Positions 12,687 through 26,652 of a stretch of 64,000 nucleotides of DNA are shown here, piece after piece; the stretch's first letter is position 1, and the number at the start of each line of letters is the position of its first letter. The translations under genes were made by a program, and so were the position numbers. The DNA comes from Eledone cirrhosa (Eukaryota), in the NCBI GenBank assembly GCA_964016885.1, contig OZ024740.1, forward strand, positions 305,784,001 through 305,848,000. The letters are read 5' to 3'. The notes under the pieces are model-generated. The model ran no database searches. It worked only from the letters and a program-made list of their open reading frames with translations, and was not told the DNA's origin.

Positions 12687-15670
12687 ATTTCTTTATTAGC
12701 CACAGGGGCACAAAAGAAGGGGACAAATACAAAGGGGGAAGTTTACATACAATAAAAACGTGTAAAATGTTATCACAAATGTAATTTAAAAAGTTAGTCG
12801 ATTTTCCCCAATAGGGGGAGACAGTTTATATTGGGTAACACATACCCCCCCCCCAAAAAAAAAATGTGCAACCCTCATCTCCAGGAGTACGAAGAGTTTG
12901 TACTCCTTTCCTCTCCTCCTCCTTTTCCTCAACCTACAGGCTGATATAAAGAAAAGGCCCATTCACTCGGGCCATTCTCGCCACTTTCCCCCACCTTTCA
13001 TAAAACTTGCTGGGGTACAGCACCTTTCTCTCCATCTTGATTCTTCTTCCAAAGTGGTATTTGAAAAAAAAGAATCAGTTGTTGGCCGGAGAGAAAGGTG
13101 TCTGACCTCAGCCCTTTCAACCTTGTCCACCATATAACCTCTTTCGCCATAGCTATCACACAAAGGAAAACCGCCTCTCCTTCGTTTTTGAAGGAGGGTG
13201 GCGGTTTGATCATGACAATGGACTCGGCGGTCAACCAGATTGGTCCCACCCGCGACAATAGTCGTTCTACATAGCCCCACAGGTCAGTGACGCCCGGGAA
13301 CTGTATGAATACGTGCGCGACGGTTTCCTCGTCTCGCACGCACCTCGGACAGATCTTTTTTGCAGGGTCGCTGCCCGGGCGCTCATGTCTGTAGAGCTTG
13401 TCTCGAACTGGTAGAGCTCCTCGGTAGCACTGCCAGGCCAGGGACTTTTGGAAGTTGTCCATCGGTCCCGGGCGGAAGGTCCTACCGAACAGACTGGCCA
13501 GTTCATCTTCCTCTACGCCTAGAGTTTCACCGAGCGCGTCGTCGCACTTGCTGCGGATCACCCCTCTATAGAATGACGAAGTGGAGTCTCCACTGATCGC
13601 CGGGTCCGCCCGCCAGAGGGCTGTGAGCGCCTGAGCACATTCGATGTGCCAGTCGTCCATTTTCCTCGGTCTTTGCTTGACCCAGGACTGCAGCTCGGTC
13701 AGCGAGACGAGTCGTGGGCAGGCTCGCCTCACGAACGGGGCCCACACCGGTTGTCCGGTGAAGAATACGTAGAGATGCCGCAGCCTGAGCGCGTGTTTGC
13801 GCATCGTCAACCACGGCATCCCCAGCCCTCCGTTAGAAGGGTGTTGGCAGCAGATGGATCTTCTCACCAAAGGAGCCCGCCTCTTCCAAAGGAATCGGAA
13901 GAGCGCGCGCTCCATTTTGGCGAGCGTTTTGGCTGGACAAGGCACGACGGTCAAGCGGTAGTAGATGGCGGACGCTATAAAAGTGTTCGCCACCTCCGCT
14001 CGACCTTTCAAGGATAGTTTGCACTCGGCCCACTTCTGGGTGAGTGCAAACACCTTGGCCGTCACTTCGTTCCAGTTCTTCTCCACCTGGAGGTCCGGAC
14101 CAAACCAAACCCCGAGCAGCTTTACCGGTCCTTCCGTCCAGCGTCCGACGACGCCACCGGAAGGCATCGGTTTGCCTCTCCACGATCCGAGTTGCAAACC
14201 GATGGACTTGTCCCGGTTCAGCTTCGCTCCTGTGAAACTTTCGTATTCCTTCAGTAAGGTGCCGACTTCCTCGATTTGGTAGGCGCTCGACACCATTACT
14301 GTCACGTCGTCGGCATAGGCCGACGCCGCTTTCCGCAGTCCCGGTTCCAGAGGGATGCCCTGCAATAGCTCCAACTTCCGCAGTAGTGGCTCGAGAGTCA
14401 GTACGTACAGAAGGGAGGAGAGAGGGCATCCCTGTCGAATGGATCGCGTAATATGGAACGGCTCTGAGAGGTAGCCATTCACCTTGACCCTTGAGCAGAT
14501 GTTGCTGTTGTGCATTGCAGCAATCCAGCCCCTGAACACGGGTCCGAAGCCTGCCGCCTCGAGCACCGCATCCAGGTAACGATGGTCAACCCTATCGAAA
14601 GCCTTAGACTGATCCAAGTTGATCAGTTATGGGCCGGAAGTTGCCTATGTCATCCCCCTTATTCTTGTCCTTCCTGACTAGTGTGACTACGCCCCCGGTC
14701 ACAGAACTGGGAATTCTCCCGTTCTGTTGCCAGTTGCAGTAGACCGCTTTCAGGAGACCGGAGAATAAGTCCGGCATTGCTACGTAAAATTCGTAGGGTA
14801 GGCCGTCGAGACCTGGAGATTTGCGTTTGCCGCATTGGCTCAACGCGTCCCCTATCTCAGCGGCTGAAATCGGCTTTTCACAGAACTTTGCCTCGCTGTC
14901 CGAGAGTCGCGGTAGGCCGTCGAGGTATGGACCGAAATCCATAGCCCCTCCCGGCGCGCCGCCCTGTCCGAACAGCTGAGCAAAGTGCCGCTGAAAGGCC
15001 GCACACATCTGCTTCGGCTCACGTATCACGCGTCCGTTTTGGTCCTTCAAAGACCGAATCGTGGACTTGTTGCCACTTTTTGCCTCCGTCACTCGGGGCC
15101 AGCTAACAGCTTTGGCTCCCTCGTTTCCCAGAGCACGTATTTTGCTTCTGACAACGCAGCTCTCATGCTTTGCGTCGAAGAACTGGTCCAAGGCCGTTCT
15201 CGTTGCTAGCACGCTGGCTACGTTGCCACTTCTACTTTATCTACCAGTTCTTTCTCGGTTCTATTTCTATCTAACGCTAATTCTTTACTAAAAACTAACG
15301 AGTCTAATCTAACTGCCCCCTTGAGAGAGTACCACCATCTGTTGTTGACAATGGCCCCTGTCAAGTGCTGTTTAACTAAAGTGCTAATCCGTCTACTGTA
15401 GGCTTTGCATGTCGGTAACGACATGTTCAGCTTCCAGTAGCCGGGTCCTTGTCTATGGGTTCTATCAAGGTTGACCATGCAGGTCACTAGTTTGTGATCT
15501 GAATAGCCAACCACGAACATTTGTGGACAGCTTCACATGTCCCTATCCTTATTTCTAACTAGAACCCTATCTAGGTACGATCTAGATGTTCCGCGAAGAT
15601 TAGTCCACGTCCACAGTGGCACAGTCGGAAAATCTAGTCGATATCTATCGGCCAGGTCAAATCGGCCGAT
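12687..15670 (-). mobile_element. 5'-truncated, frameshifted Tx1/L1-clade LINE (ORF2 pseudogene: APE endonuclease remnant, RT, zinc-binding tail)
   Basis: Split frames give SYLDRVLV, SDHKLV..GPGYWKLN, KSPGLDGLPYEFY..NFRPIT, DQSKAFDRVDH, RQGCPLS, AYADDV, CPRC..ETVAHVF. There is an internal deletion between NFRPIT and DQSKAFD. GC-rich relative to the flanks; 3' end gtggctaataaagaaa. Confidence 0.9.
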
Positions 15671-15671
15671 T

Positions 15672-15943
15672 TTTTTCTTTATTTGCCACAGGGCCACAAA
15701 AGAATGGGACAAATGCAAAGGAGGAAGTTTACATACAATAAAAACGTGTAAAATACTATCACAAATGTAATTTAAAAAACAATCGATTTTACCCAATAGG
15801 AGACATTACATATGGGTAACACATACCCCCGAAAAAATGTGCAACCCTCATCTCCAGGAGTACGAAGAGTGAGTACCCCCTTCCTCTCTTCCTCTTTTTC
15901 CTCAACCTACAGGCTGATATAGAGAGAAGGCCCATTCACTTGG
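15672..15943 (-). mobile_element. Second 3'-terminal fragment of the same Tx1-like LINE
   Basis: Direct repeat of about 12687-12975 (gccacagg..atacaataaaaacgtgtaaaat..caaccctcatctccaggagtacgaagagt..ggcccattcact). Confidence 0.85.
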
Positions 15944-16469
15944 GCGATAGATAGATAGAAATAGATAGATAGAAATAGATAGATAGATATACAGACAGTC
16001 CGACAGGTTGATATATAAATAGATACATAAATAGATAGATAGATACAAAGAGAGTATAGTAGAGAGAATGAGGGGTGGGTGAAAACGAAAAAAAGAGACA
16101 AGGCGGGTGAAGGGTTGAAGAAGGAAGGAGAGATAGGTGAGGCTGAGGGCCAGTGAGGGTGGTCTGTGGAAGAGTATGTGATGAAGAGTGGTGTTGAATG
16201 TTTATATGTATGGGGAGGCGCTGGTGGTATAGATATAAGGACAACAAAAGGTTGGTAAGGGGAGATAAATAGTTATTAGTTGTGAAAGAGAAGCGGAAGG
16301 AGAAAGCAGATGAAGAGGTGGAACATCTGAAGGTATAATGAATGACCAATGAAGTAAGAGGGGGGGGTAAGAGGAGGGGGGTAAGATGGGAGAGGTGTGG
16401 TTAGAATTTCTCCCCATATGACTGTCTGTGTCTGCGTATATGTTTCAGTGTATGTATGTAATGTAGCCG

Positions 16470-16770
16470 ATTATGTCTAAGTAGGGAGTGCCTTAGAAGT
16501 CACCGGAGAAGCCACGTACATGGGGACACTGTCAACTGCGCATTGTATGGCATTTCTGTTTGTGGGGAGTGTGGAAAAGGGTGTGCCACATTTGGGAACT
16601 GAAACGTCATTTGAAAGTGCACCAAAACAAGGCCGTAATTCCTACTGAGAGAGGCCGCCATTGTTGCAGCATCTATGCAGGAGTGTGAAAGTCCCGAGCA
16701 GGACTAAAAAGATACGTCCGTGCTGCTCAAGCGAGGGTATTACTCGAAATCGAGTTGCAGCCATCATCAT
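16470..16770 (+). mobile_element. Degraded 3' end of a related RTE-like LINE
   Basis: Zinc-finger remnants VCGECGKGC..LKRHLKVH and AGLK; ends ctcgaaatcgagttgcagccatcat followed by (GTAT)n. Confidence 0.6.
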
Positions 16771-16844
16771 GTATGTATGTATGTATGTATGTATGTATGT
16801 ATGTATGTATGTATGTATGTATGTGACATATGTATGTATATGTC

Positions 16845-17450
16845 AGGTCACCAGTTGGTGCTACTGGTAACATGAATCCTAGTACAATCTGTCTCATGGT
16901 CGGGTCGTTGGCGACTAAACTGGCAACCCCACCAAGGTTTCTTGGTGAGGAGGGTGACTTTGGACATCCTGCAGGACTAACAACAAAACATGTCAAAGGG
17001 CAAAGGAGCTCTTAAGAGTCAATGGCCATCCAAAATCACCGAGACAGATGAGCCCTTAGCTTTTGTCAAGGCAGAATTCTAGGAGAAGGAAAACTCTGAT
17101 ATAACACCTGCAACCCTGATGGTATCCAATGATGTTGACTTGTTCTTCTTTTTGGTAAATATCATCTTGGTTAAGAGAGTGGGACTGACTTTGTGCAGTG
17201 CCTTTGCTCACTATAAAAGCTTCACGGCACAGGCATTGCTTTATATCTGGAGATCTCTCTGCACTTGTCGTCACATGGTACCATGGGCCCAGCACTATGT
17301 GTCAATAATTGTCACAAGTGTAGTGTTTGTACCAGAGTTTTCAAGTCGCTGGCTGGACTAAAAAGTCACACTCGTTCAGCGCATCGGTAGGGGTTCTCCT
17401 ACATGGATATAAAGTAGTGGCCGTACTCGAAAAAGAGTTGGCAGCCATCA
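16845..17450 (+). mobile_element. About 600-bp non-autonomous RTE-derived short element (family X), near full length
   Basis: Near-identical to 11752-12203 and 29349-29757. Its 5' start is shared with 17507 and 30532. The 3' end matches the RTE terminal hairpin. Flanked by (TATG)n. Confidence 0.75.
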
Positions 17451-17506
17451 TGTATGTATGTATGATTGTGTGTGTATATATATATATATATATGTATGTA
17501 TATGAC

Positions 17507-17690
17507 GGGTCACTCTTGAGTGCTACTGGTAACATGCAACCCAGTACAACCTGTCGCATGGTCGGGTCGTCGGCGACTAAACCGGCAACCCCACCAAGTT
17601 TACTTGGTGAGAAGGGTAATTTTGGACACCCTGCAGGACAAAAAAAACAAAACCCGACAAAGGGCGGAAGAACTCATAAGAGTCCATGCA
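17507..17690 (+). mobile_element. Family X 5' fragment
   Basis: gggtcactcttgagtgctactggtaacatg..ggcgactaaaccggcaaccccaccaag, matching 30532-30725. Confidence 0.7.
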
Positions 17691-19095
17691 CAAATGTGTA
17701 AATATGTATATACACATGTACATATGTATGTACATGTGTATGGGGGCAGTCATCATGTATGTGTATCTATGTATGTATGCATGTATGTATGAATGTGTTA
17801 ATATGCATGCGTAGCATACTGCCAACTAATAATAATATACTAATATATTCTGCATTTACTCTCATATCTAACAGACTTCTTCATTTCGAAAATAACACAC
17901 CACACAATTATACACATATATATACGTATGTATGTGCGTGTGTGTGTGTGTGTTTGTGTATGTGAATGTGTGTGAGCGTGCGCACGTGTAAGTGTGTGCG
18001 TGTGAATGCGAGTGTGTGAGTGTGTACGTGTCTGTGCGCGCGCATGTATGCATGCATGTATGTATGCATGTATGTATGTATGTATGCATGTATGCATGCA
18101 TGTATGCATGTATGTATGTATGGATGCATGTATGTGTGCATGTATGTATGTATGTATGTATGTATGCGTGCTGTTTTGTCTTAGGACTAACATCCGAATT
18201 TATTAAGATTTTTTTCTTTCTCTATTTCCTTTTCAATAGGAGATAATTACAAAATAATGTTATGTTAATTATTAATGCCACACAATGAAGTGTTTACTTT
18301 CGATCAATAGACGAAATACTTAGATTTCATTTCGTAGTTTACTTCAAGCATTCTCATTTAAATACAGAGGTATAAGAAGGTGGCGAAAGTCACTTAACAA
18401 TGCAAAGTGATGAGGCAAAGTAAATTCGTTCAATACTTCGACTTATAGTAGCCATAATCATCAACGGAAAGATTCCAAAGAAGCTCATTTAAGTTTTTCC
18501 ATTTTACTTTAGGGCATGTAGAAGTGTATTGAATACATTTAATTTTCCAGGACACGATGTAGATTTATGAAGTGTTCTTGGATTTGAAACTTTAACTATG
18601 AAATATTTGGCCTCGTCAGAAGCAGTGTTAAAACAATACCCTCCTACAATTTTTTAGAAATAAATTGAAACATTGTTCGATTTTGTTTTTATAGGAATAT
18701 TTAGTCGATTGAACCGACCCCAATACGCTATTGGTATTTAATCTATTGACTCTGAGGCAAGTAAAATTCGACGAGACACGAAAGATAATTAAAAAAATTC
18801 AAAAATCTTTATGACTGAAACTAAATATTCCAAGATATAGTAATAAGATGAAGAATTGGAAATGTTTCCCATTAGTGCAATGTCAGAAGTAGACGGCGAG
18901 TTAATAGAATAGATCGACAGATAGAATGATTTACGGTATTCGTTCCAGCTCTCTGAGCTCTAAGTTTCAAACTCACCGAGGTTTGCCTTTCCATTATTCC
19001 TCTATATTCCTTTCTCACTTCCTCTCATCCTTCCTCCTTTGGATAGGCTCCACCAGGTTTCAAGTGTTCCTAAGACTCCAGCAGGTGTTATGGGT

Positions 19096-19222
<127 letters not shown>

Positions 19223-19399
19223 ATACATACATGCATACATACATAAATGTAATAACTGCCATATACACATGTATAGATACAGAAATATATGTACGTGTAC
19301 ACATATAACTCAAAACATACAGATCCACAAATACAATAATATCCGTATATGCACACACATAAACACACATACACATACACATATACAGACATACATAAG

Positions 19400-19800
19400 T
19401 ATTGACCTACTTCATGTCTAAATCTACGGTCCATTGATGAGGAGTTTGCAGATCCACTATCCAAGATACACTTCAGCTTCATACCCATCATTATTGGAGC
19501 AAAAGGTTATATACCAGCCTGCTTGGATCAAAGTATGACTGAACTTGGATATGTGGACAAAGAGCGCAGCTCCCTAATTCATAGAATACAAATGGTCGCG
19601 ATAGCTGGCACCTTCAAAATGTGCAAAACATTCTTGCGATTCAAGGGATCACAATTTCTTTTCTTTTACAACCTTCCCACCAGGAAGGTGGCCGGTCAAA
19701 GATGTACTCGAAATTAAGCACGGTAACTGCTGCATCACATGTCCCGTTCATTATAGGATTCGTGTGAATTATTCTGATCTCAAATATTTCATAGCTAATA
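19400..19800 (+). mobile_element. Degraded RLE-retrotransposon 3' fragment
   Basis: YPRYTSASYPSLL / PIIIGAKGY..TFKMCKTFLRF, similar to the C-terminus of 30001-30480; preceded by acatacata. Confidence 0.55.
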
Positions 19801-19971
19801 AAACCTGTTGTCTCTGTTATTCACGGGGTCTCTTTGACCATTGATGTTTTCACACTCATTTGTCCATAAAGCACAGGAGAGAGAGCGAGAGATAGATAGA
19901 TAGATAGATTTCTTTATTAGCCACAAGGGCGCAACAAGAAAGGGGACAATACAAAGACATGCCGGGGATAG

Positions 19972-20056
<85 letters not shown>

Positions 20057-20064
20057 AACATCAT

Positions 20065-20500
20065 TTGATTAAATCTGCACCAGTATTTGACTGGTACTCG
20101 CTTTCTTCAAACCGAGAAAAGGGAATGATAAAATTAACCTCTGAGATTTAGACTCGCAGATTAAAGAACCGCAACTAAATAGCGCAAGGCTTTTTGTTCG
20201 TAACGCTAACGATCTCCCAGTCTACCGCCCTAGTAAATTACTGGTATTTATTTTATTGATCTCGGACAGATAGAAAGGGGTAAACCAGATTCAGGCAGAA
20301 AGATTAGATACCGGATTTATTAGACAATGGTATAGGCAACGAATTGGTAGAGTCGTTAGAACGTCGGCTAGAATACTTTGCAGTATTCGTTTCGGCTCTC
20401 TGCTCTCTGAATTCAAATCTCCCCGAAATCAACTTTGCCTTTCATCCATTCAATATCGATAAAAAAAGTACCAGCCTAGAACTGGGGGTCGATTCTTCTT
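20065..20500. mobile_element. Old, diverged tRNA-SINE copies in both orientations
   Basis: Degenerate matches such as tgactggtact..aattaacctc and tctgaattcaaatctcccc..actttgcctttcatcc. Further partial copies at 5715-5840, 18895-19000, 25003-25128, 35850-35972 and 61075-61160. Confidence 0.6.
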
Positions 20501-20870
20501 CGATATCCCTTGCACACTCTCTCTATCCTTCTCTGGAAGAAATCTTCTATATTCACACCTGGAGAGAATTGGACTCCACCAAGTTTAAAAAGTGCCTTAG
20601 AAACGGTGTATGTCAATACAGCGCCCCCGCGACTCCCTTATAAGCTACGGGATCGTGCCATGCCATCTGCTGCTGATTGGCACACTATCCAAAATATGGC
20701 GGAAGATTTATCTCTTACTTGCTTAACGAAATGGAAATAGAATTGTGCGTTTCCCCCTTAAAACAGCTCTCGAGATCTTAGGACACATTCATGCTTTCAC
20801 AGACAACTGTTGGCTGGAGGCGAGTGTTGTTACGCTGGAGTTTCACCTATTATATATATATATATATACA

Positions 20871-21242
20871 TTAGCAAAAGGAAAAGAAAATGCTGACAAA
20901 TGTTTACCAGTGAAAAATAGTTTAATTAGGAATAAGTATAAATTAGTAACAAGTATTGGTTAGTATTCAGTTTTAGTTTTAAGTTTTTACCGGTTGCGCA
21001 TTTCTAATGCTTTTCAAAAATAATTTTGAGATAGAGCGCTCGTGATGTTTGCGGATTAGAGCAAACACCACGAGCGCTCTATCTCAAAATTATTTTTGAA
21101 AAGCATTAGAAATGCGCAACCGGTAAAAACTTAAAACTAAAACTGAATACTAACCAATACTTGTTACTAATTTATACTTATTCCTAATTAAACTATTTTT
21201 CACTGGTAAACATTTGTCAGCATTTTCTTTTCCTTTTACTAA
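20871..21242. repeat. Fold-back inverted repeat, arms of about 180 bp, 8-nt spacer
   Basis: 20871-21052 is the reverse complement of 21061-21242 with few mismatches. A single-arm copy lies at 33710-33910. Confidence 0.9.
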
Positions 21243-21335
21243 TATATCACAACTCGGGTGTTACACCTCTATTTTTTAAAATATATATATATATACAGAT
21301 GTGAGAAAAGCCACAGACCCTCCATCTCAACTCTA

Positions 21336-21371
21336 CTTTTGAAAAGCAGAAGAACTGCGAAACCGGTAAAG
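21336..21371 (+). ncRNA. Hammerhead motif with a U3-A8 core variant
   Basis: ctt-TTGAAAA-gcag-aagaa-ctgc-GAAAC-cg-GTA-aag. Confidence 0.55.
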
Positions 21372-21538
21372 GAACCAAATAAATATATATATATTTTTTA
21401 AAATAAGACTCCAGTTGCATTTTGATTTCATCTTTTTTTTTTTATATATATGTAGAAGTTATATTTAATTTGTTGGGATACAACAAGCAAATATTTTTAT
21501 AACTGATATAAAGCACTCAACAAATTTTTGGAGTAAAA

Positions 21539-22028
21539 ATACAATATATTAACAAATGGAAACTATATTTATAAAACCATATTTATTTCATTATACATAT
21601 TTCAAGGACACCAAAGCAAATTATGGTGCGCTTTCATCAAATAAAATATAATATAGATCAGTTTTATAAACAAATATTGACATACCCTTAAAGAATGCGA
21701 CCATGTCTGTTGGAAGCTCCCGGATAGTGAGGTTACTAATTTTATTATTGGTCTATTATGCAAATTAGGGTCTTGTATGGGATTTAAACCTCTCCGACAC
21801 TAATTTGCATAATAGACCAATAATAAAATTAGTAACCCCACTATCCGGGAGCTTCCATCAGACATGGTCGCATTCTTTAAGGGTATGTCAATATTTGTTT
21901 ATAAAACTGATCTATATTATATTTTATCTGATGAAAGCGCACCATAATTTGCTTTAGTGTCCTTGAAATATGTATAATGAAATAAATATGGTTTTATAAA
22001 TATAGCTTCCATTTGTTAATATATTGTA
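21539..22028. repeat. Fold-back inverted repeat, arms of about 230 bp
   Basis: 21539-21770 vs 21798-22028. A shorter relative lies at 5973-6105 with a similar left extension. Confidence 0.9.
21922..21982 (+). ncRNA. Hammerhead motif in a fold-back arm (mirror copy at about 21585-21645, minus strand)
   Basis: ttttat-CTGATGA-aag.gcac...gtgt.ctt-GAAA-ta-tg-t-ATA-atgaaa. Confidence 0.65.
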
Positions 22029-22094
22029 TATATATATATATATGCATGTACACACATACATAATAATGAATTAAACTTAGAATGTAAAAGAGCG

Positions 22095-22148
<54 letters not shown>

Positions 22149-22866
22149 CGTGTGTGTACGTATGTATGTATGTATATATATATATATACATACACACACA
22201 CACACACAGCACATATATATATATATGTATATATATGCATAGTTATGTATGTGTATATGCGTGTATACACATACATAACTATGAATTAAACTTAGAATGT
22301 AAAAGAGCGTAAATATGTATTTTACTCTTAATTGATAACGAACCATCGAGAGACCATTTACGCCAATCAACTTGTTAGAAACAATGTTCACTATAAAGAA
22401 AAGGCTAAACATTCACCAGTAACAACAAATGATTGCACTGAAAATATCAAGATTTCCTGAACCGTTATAATTTTCGCCAGCTTTTCATACACATGCGCAC
22501 GGACATGGCTCAAGGTGAAAGTGTAGAATTGAAGAGGGAGTTGACATTAAAAATCGAACAAAGAATTAATAATTGAGCAATCATTGCCACTCGACAGAGA
22601 GTGATAATATACGATTGAGTAAAAGCATCGTATTAGACTCAGAAAGCGAGCTTTCACTTTAAACAGCATGTTTGACGAACACAAATATATCTGCCACCAT
22701 AATCAGCACAGTTGAATTGACTTGATAATCTCTCACACTGCTGGGTTATGTTGACTGAAGGATCAGTGGTAATGTGTTAATCCCCTAGCAGGATTAAATT
22801 AAAGGAAAAAGAAAAACAAATTACTATAAATAAATATTAAAAGCAAACATCCTTTTAGATAGATCG

Positions 22867-22926
<60 letters not shown>

Positions 22927-23460
22927 GCATACATACACACGCACACACACATATATATATGTGTGTGTGTGTATGTATGTATATATAGGTATATATATAT
23001 GTGTATACAGAGAGAGAGAGAGAGAGGGTGGAAGGGAGAGAGAGAAAGATAAGGCGCGCACATATATCTCACACATAGAATAGGAAAACGAAAGTAAAGA
23101 GAGGAGAGAGAGAAGGAGAGTAAAGGGGAGAAAGAGAAAGAGAGTGAGTGAGAAAGAAAGAGAGCGATTAAATTTAGGTCCATAGAGTTGAACTGGACAA
23201 GACAAAGATATCAACAACAACAACAACGACGACGACTACGAGAATAACAACAACAACGACAACAACAATAACACAAAGATCAGCGAGTGTGGTGTGCGAT
23301 GGGGAGGATATGGCGCTGTTATAGTAGTGTGAAAACCAAACAGACTATTCAGCTTGGCACATAATAGCTGTCTGAAGGTGATATGTTAGCAGACAGACGG
23401 ATAGGGCGATTTGGTTGTGATTGCACACACTCACACACACACACACACATATATATGTGT

Positions 23461-23668
<208 letters not shown>

Positions 23669-23760
23669 ATACATATATATATATATAGGTAATTTATATG
23701 TATATATATTTGTATATATATATATATATATATTTATATTTATTTATATATACATATATA

Positions 23761-23822
<62 letters not shown>

Positions 23823-23965
23823 GATGCATATATATACATACACACCAACACCCCACTCTCCAGAGCGTGAAATTAATAAACATTCGTTGTACTGCCTCTC
23901 TGTTTTGTCCCTGTTCAAATTTTTCCATTATATATATATATGTGTATGTATACACACACAGATAC

Positions 23966-23997
<32 letters not shown>

Positions 23998-24608
23998 GTA
24001 TGTATATGTATGTATATGTATTCTCTCTTACTGCTTCCCCGCTCTCTCTGTTTCTCACCATCTTTCGCCCCCTCTGTCAGTTACACTTTCTCTCGACTGG
24101 CCTCTTCCTCGCACTTCCACTCACTCACTCTCTGTTTCTCCCCTTCTCACTTCCATATATCTATATCTATATTTATATCTCTATATGTCTATATATACCA
24201 TGTAAGGTAGTTTCATTCCCAGTGGGTAGAATTGGTTGATAAAGAAATTAACTAAAGCACTCAACATCATGCAAGTCATCCATTGTAGATCATATGAACA
24301 GGACTAGAACCGTTTCATTCGTTTGAAATCAACAGGGAAGTCTTGGTTATAAAAATAGAGGTTGCAATAACTATAGGGGTGAACAAACGAGGGTCGGCCG
24401 AGAATTTTATACAAAGTGCATAAAAATATTATTTTATAAAAACACGAAATAAATATAAAATTATTATAAATCACAATAATTCAAAATAAATATATTATAA
24501 AATATAACCCCACCCCCAATATTGTATACTCTCCCCGAGGTCATTGAAATCATCAGAAAGTATTGCTTTGGTGGGTTTATAAAAGTACCCACATGTTATG
24601 AATAAAAG

Positions 24609-24993
24609 TACTCCCGGTCCCAAATAATAGGTGGTGGGTAGAATAAGCTGGAGAGTTGGAATAAGTGGGGGGTGTTGGAATAAGTGAGGGTGTTGGAATA
24701 AGCGAAGGGGGTCGGTAATTTTTCTAGATTGTCTCCGTTGATTTTAAAAAAACAAACAGAATTAGTCGTTTAGTTTACATATTGAAACCCCAGTCCATCC
24801 GATTTATTTTGTATAATGTTTTTTAATGTCTAAAGAAAAATAAAATAAAATTTCGCAGGAGATAGATTACCAAAATTTAATAATCGTTGGGGGTTGGAAT
24901 TAGAGCGGAAGAGGAGGGGTTTTTTTTTTTTACAAAAATTTGAACAAATTAATTAGCAGGGGAGTGGGGACGAGTATTCAAGACCCGAGAGTA
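24609..24993. mobile_element. MITE-like element
   Basis: Terminal inverted gtactcccggtc / gacccgagagtac and internal ggaataag repeats. Confidence 0.55.
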
Positions 24994-25217
24994 CTTTATA
25001 TATAATGGTTTCTTATATAGGCACAAGGCCAGCAATTTTTGGGGAGGAGAAAGTCGATTAAATCGACCCCAGTGCTTGACTGGTACTTTATTTTATCGAC
25101 CCCGTAAGTTAACTTCGGTGGGATTTAATAAAAGAATACATGAAATTTATGAAAAAGTTAGAGCTTTTCTATTGAGAAGCACAAATATGCATAATTGATA
25201 TGTTTTGATACTTTAAA

Positions 25218-25289
<72 letters not shown>

Positions 25290-25402
25290 TGCGCGCGCGT
25301 GTGTGCGTGCGTGTGTGTGTATGTGTATGTATATATAGTTATATATTATATATATATATACACATACATATATACACACACACACATATATGTATATATA
25401 AA

Positions 25403-25434
<32 letters not shown>

Positions 25435-26033
25435 ATACATTATATATATTATATATATATATACATGCATATGTAATGTTACATATCTTCCTCTAAGCGT
25501 GAAACTAATACGACTTTATGTTAATGCATTCTCTTGTTTGTTCGTTATTTTGTTTCCTTTATATATACTAGCAGAAAAACCATCCAGCGAGTGGTTTTCT
25601 GCTAGCATGTGTAGTGTATATATTCATATTATACGCAAGTATATATGCATGTAGATAAGATAGATCAAATAAAATCGTAATTGACAATATACACAGAAAT
25701 TGAACGAAGACTGTGTTACACTCTCTTATGTAATCAGTAACGTAATCCATAATCCATTAAAAAAAGACGATATTATATATAAACTGCATTAGGAGAAAAT
25801 TAGTGACAGAAATATATGTATGTTTATTTAGGCGATCGCTAACCGGAAGTGTTGACATTTGAAAATTTTAATGAAGTGAATCTTTAAATAAACAATAAAA
25901 TATATTTAATCAACAGGCACGAAATTTAGTAGATAAATTATGTAATATTCATTCATTATTTATTCAAAGTAATCCAACTTATTTTACTAATGGGGTAAAA
26001 AATTATAAACCGTACGCAGTACCGCGCTCCTTA

Positions 26034-26098
<65 letters not shown>

Positions 26099-26556
26099 TA
26101 AAGTTAGTCCTTCATCAGTGATCTTCCAACCATCATTGGTATTTCATCGCTTTAAAGACTATATACCTCCGGTTGGTGCGAGCAACGGCTAAAAAAAGTC
26201 GTTGGGACACGTAAATAAAGGGGACACGAATATATATATATATATAACAAATAAATAAATAAATAAACAGACTAAATAAGGATGGCGTAGGCATACAATG
26301 CAACGAGAGGAAACATAATAGCACCACTGACGATGTTGCAGATGTGCAACGAAAGAACTTTGTTAGACTATATATATGTGTTTGTGTCTATATTGTATCT
26401 GTATTTTTGACCGTTGGTCAGTCAATGGTAACATTGGGGACTGAATAAATTAAATTAACCGATATAAAGGACACAGAAGCGAAAACCAACCAAACAGTGA
26501 GTGTGTTCTGTTATTAATTCTGGCAATATTATTACACAAATATGACTCTCTCCAAG

Positions 26557-26652
<96 letters not shown>

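Noticed and set aside
26100-26230. Type II hammerhead in the repeat shared with 34470-34575 (gaaatacc..cactgatgaaggacta)
   Set aside because: Could not form stems I and III with correct core spacing; likely truncated after CUGAUGA.
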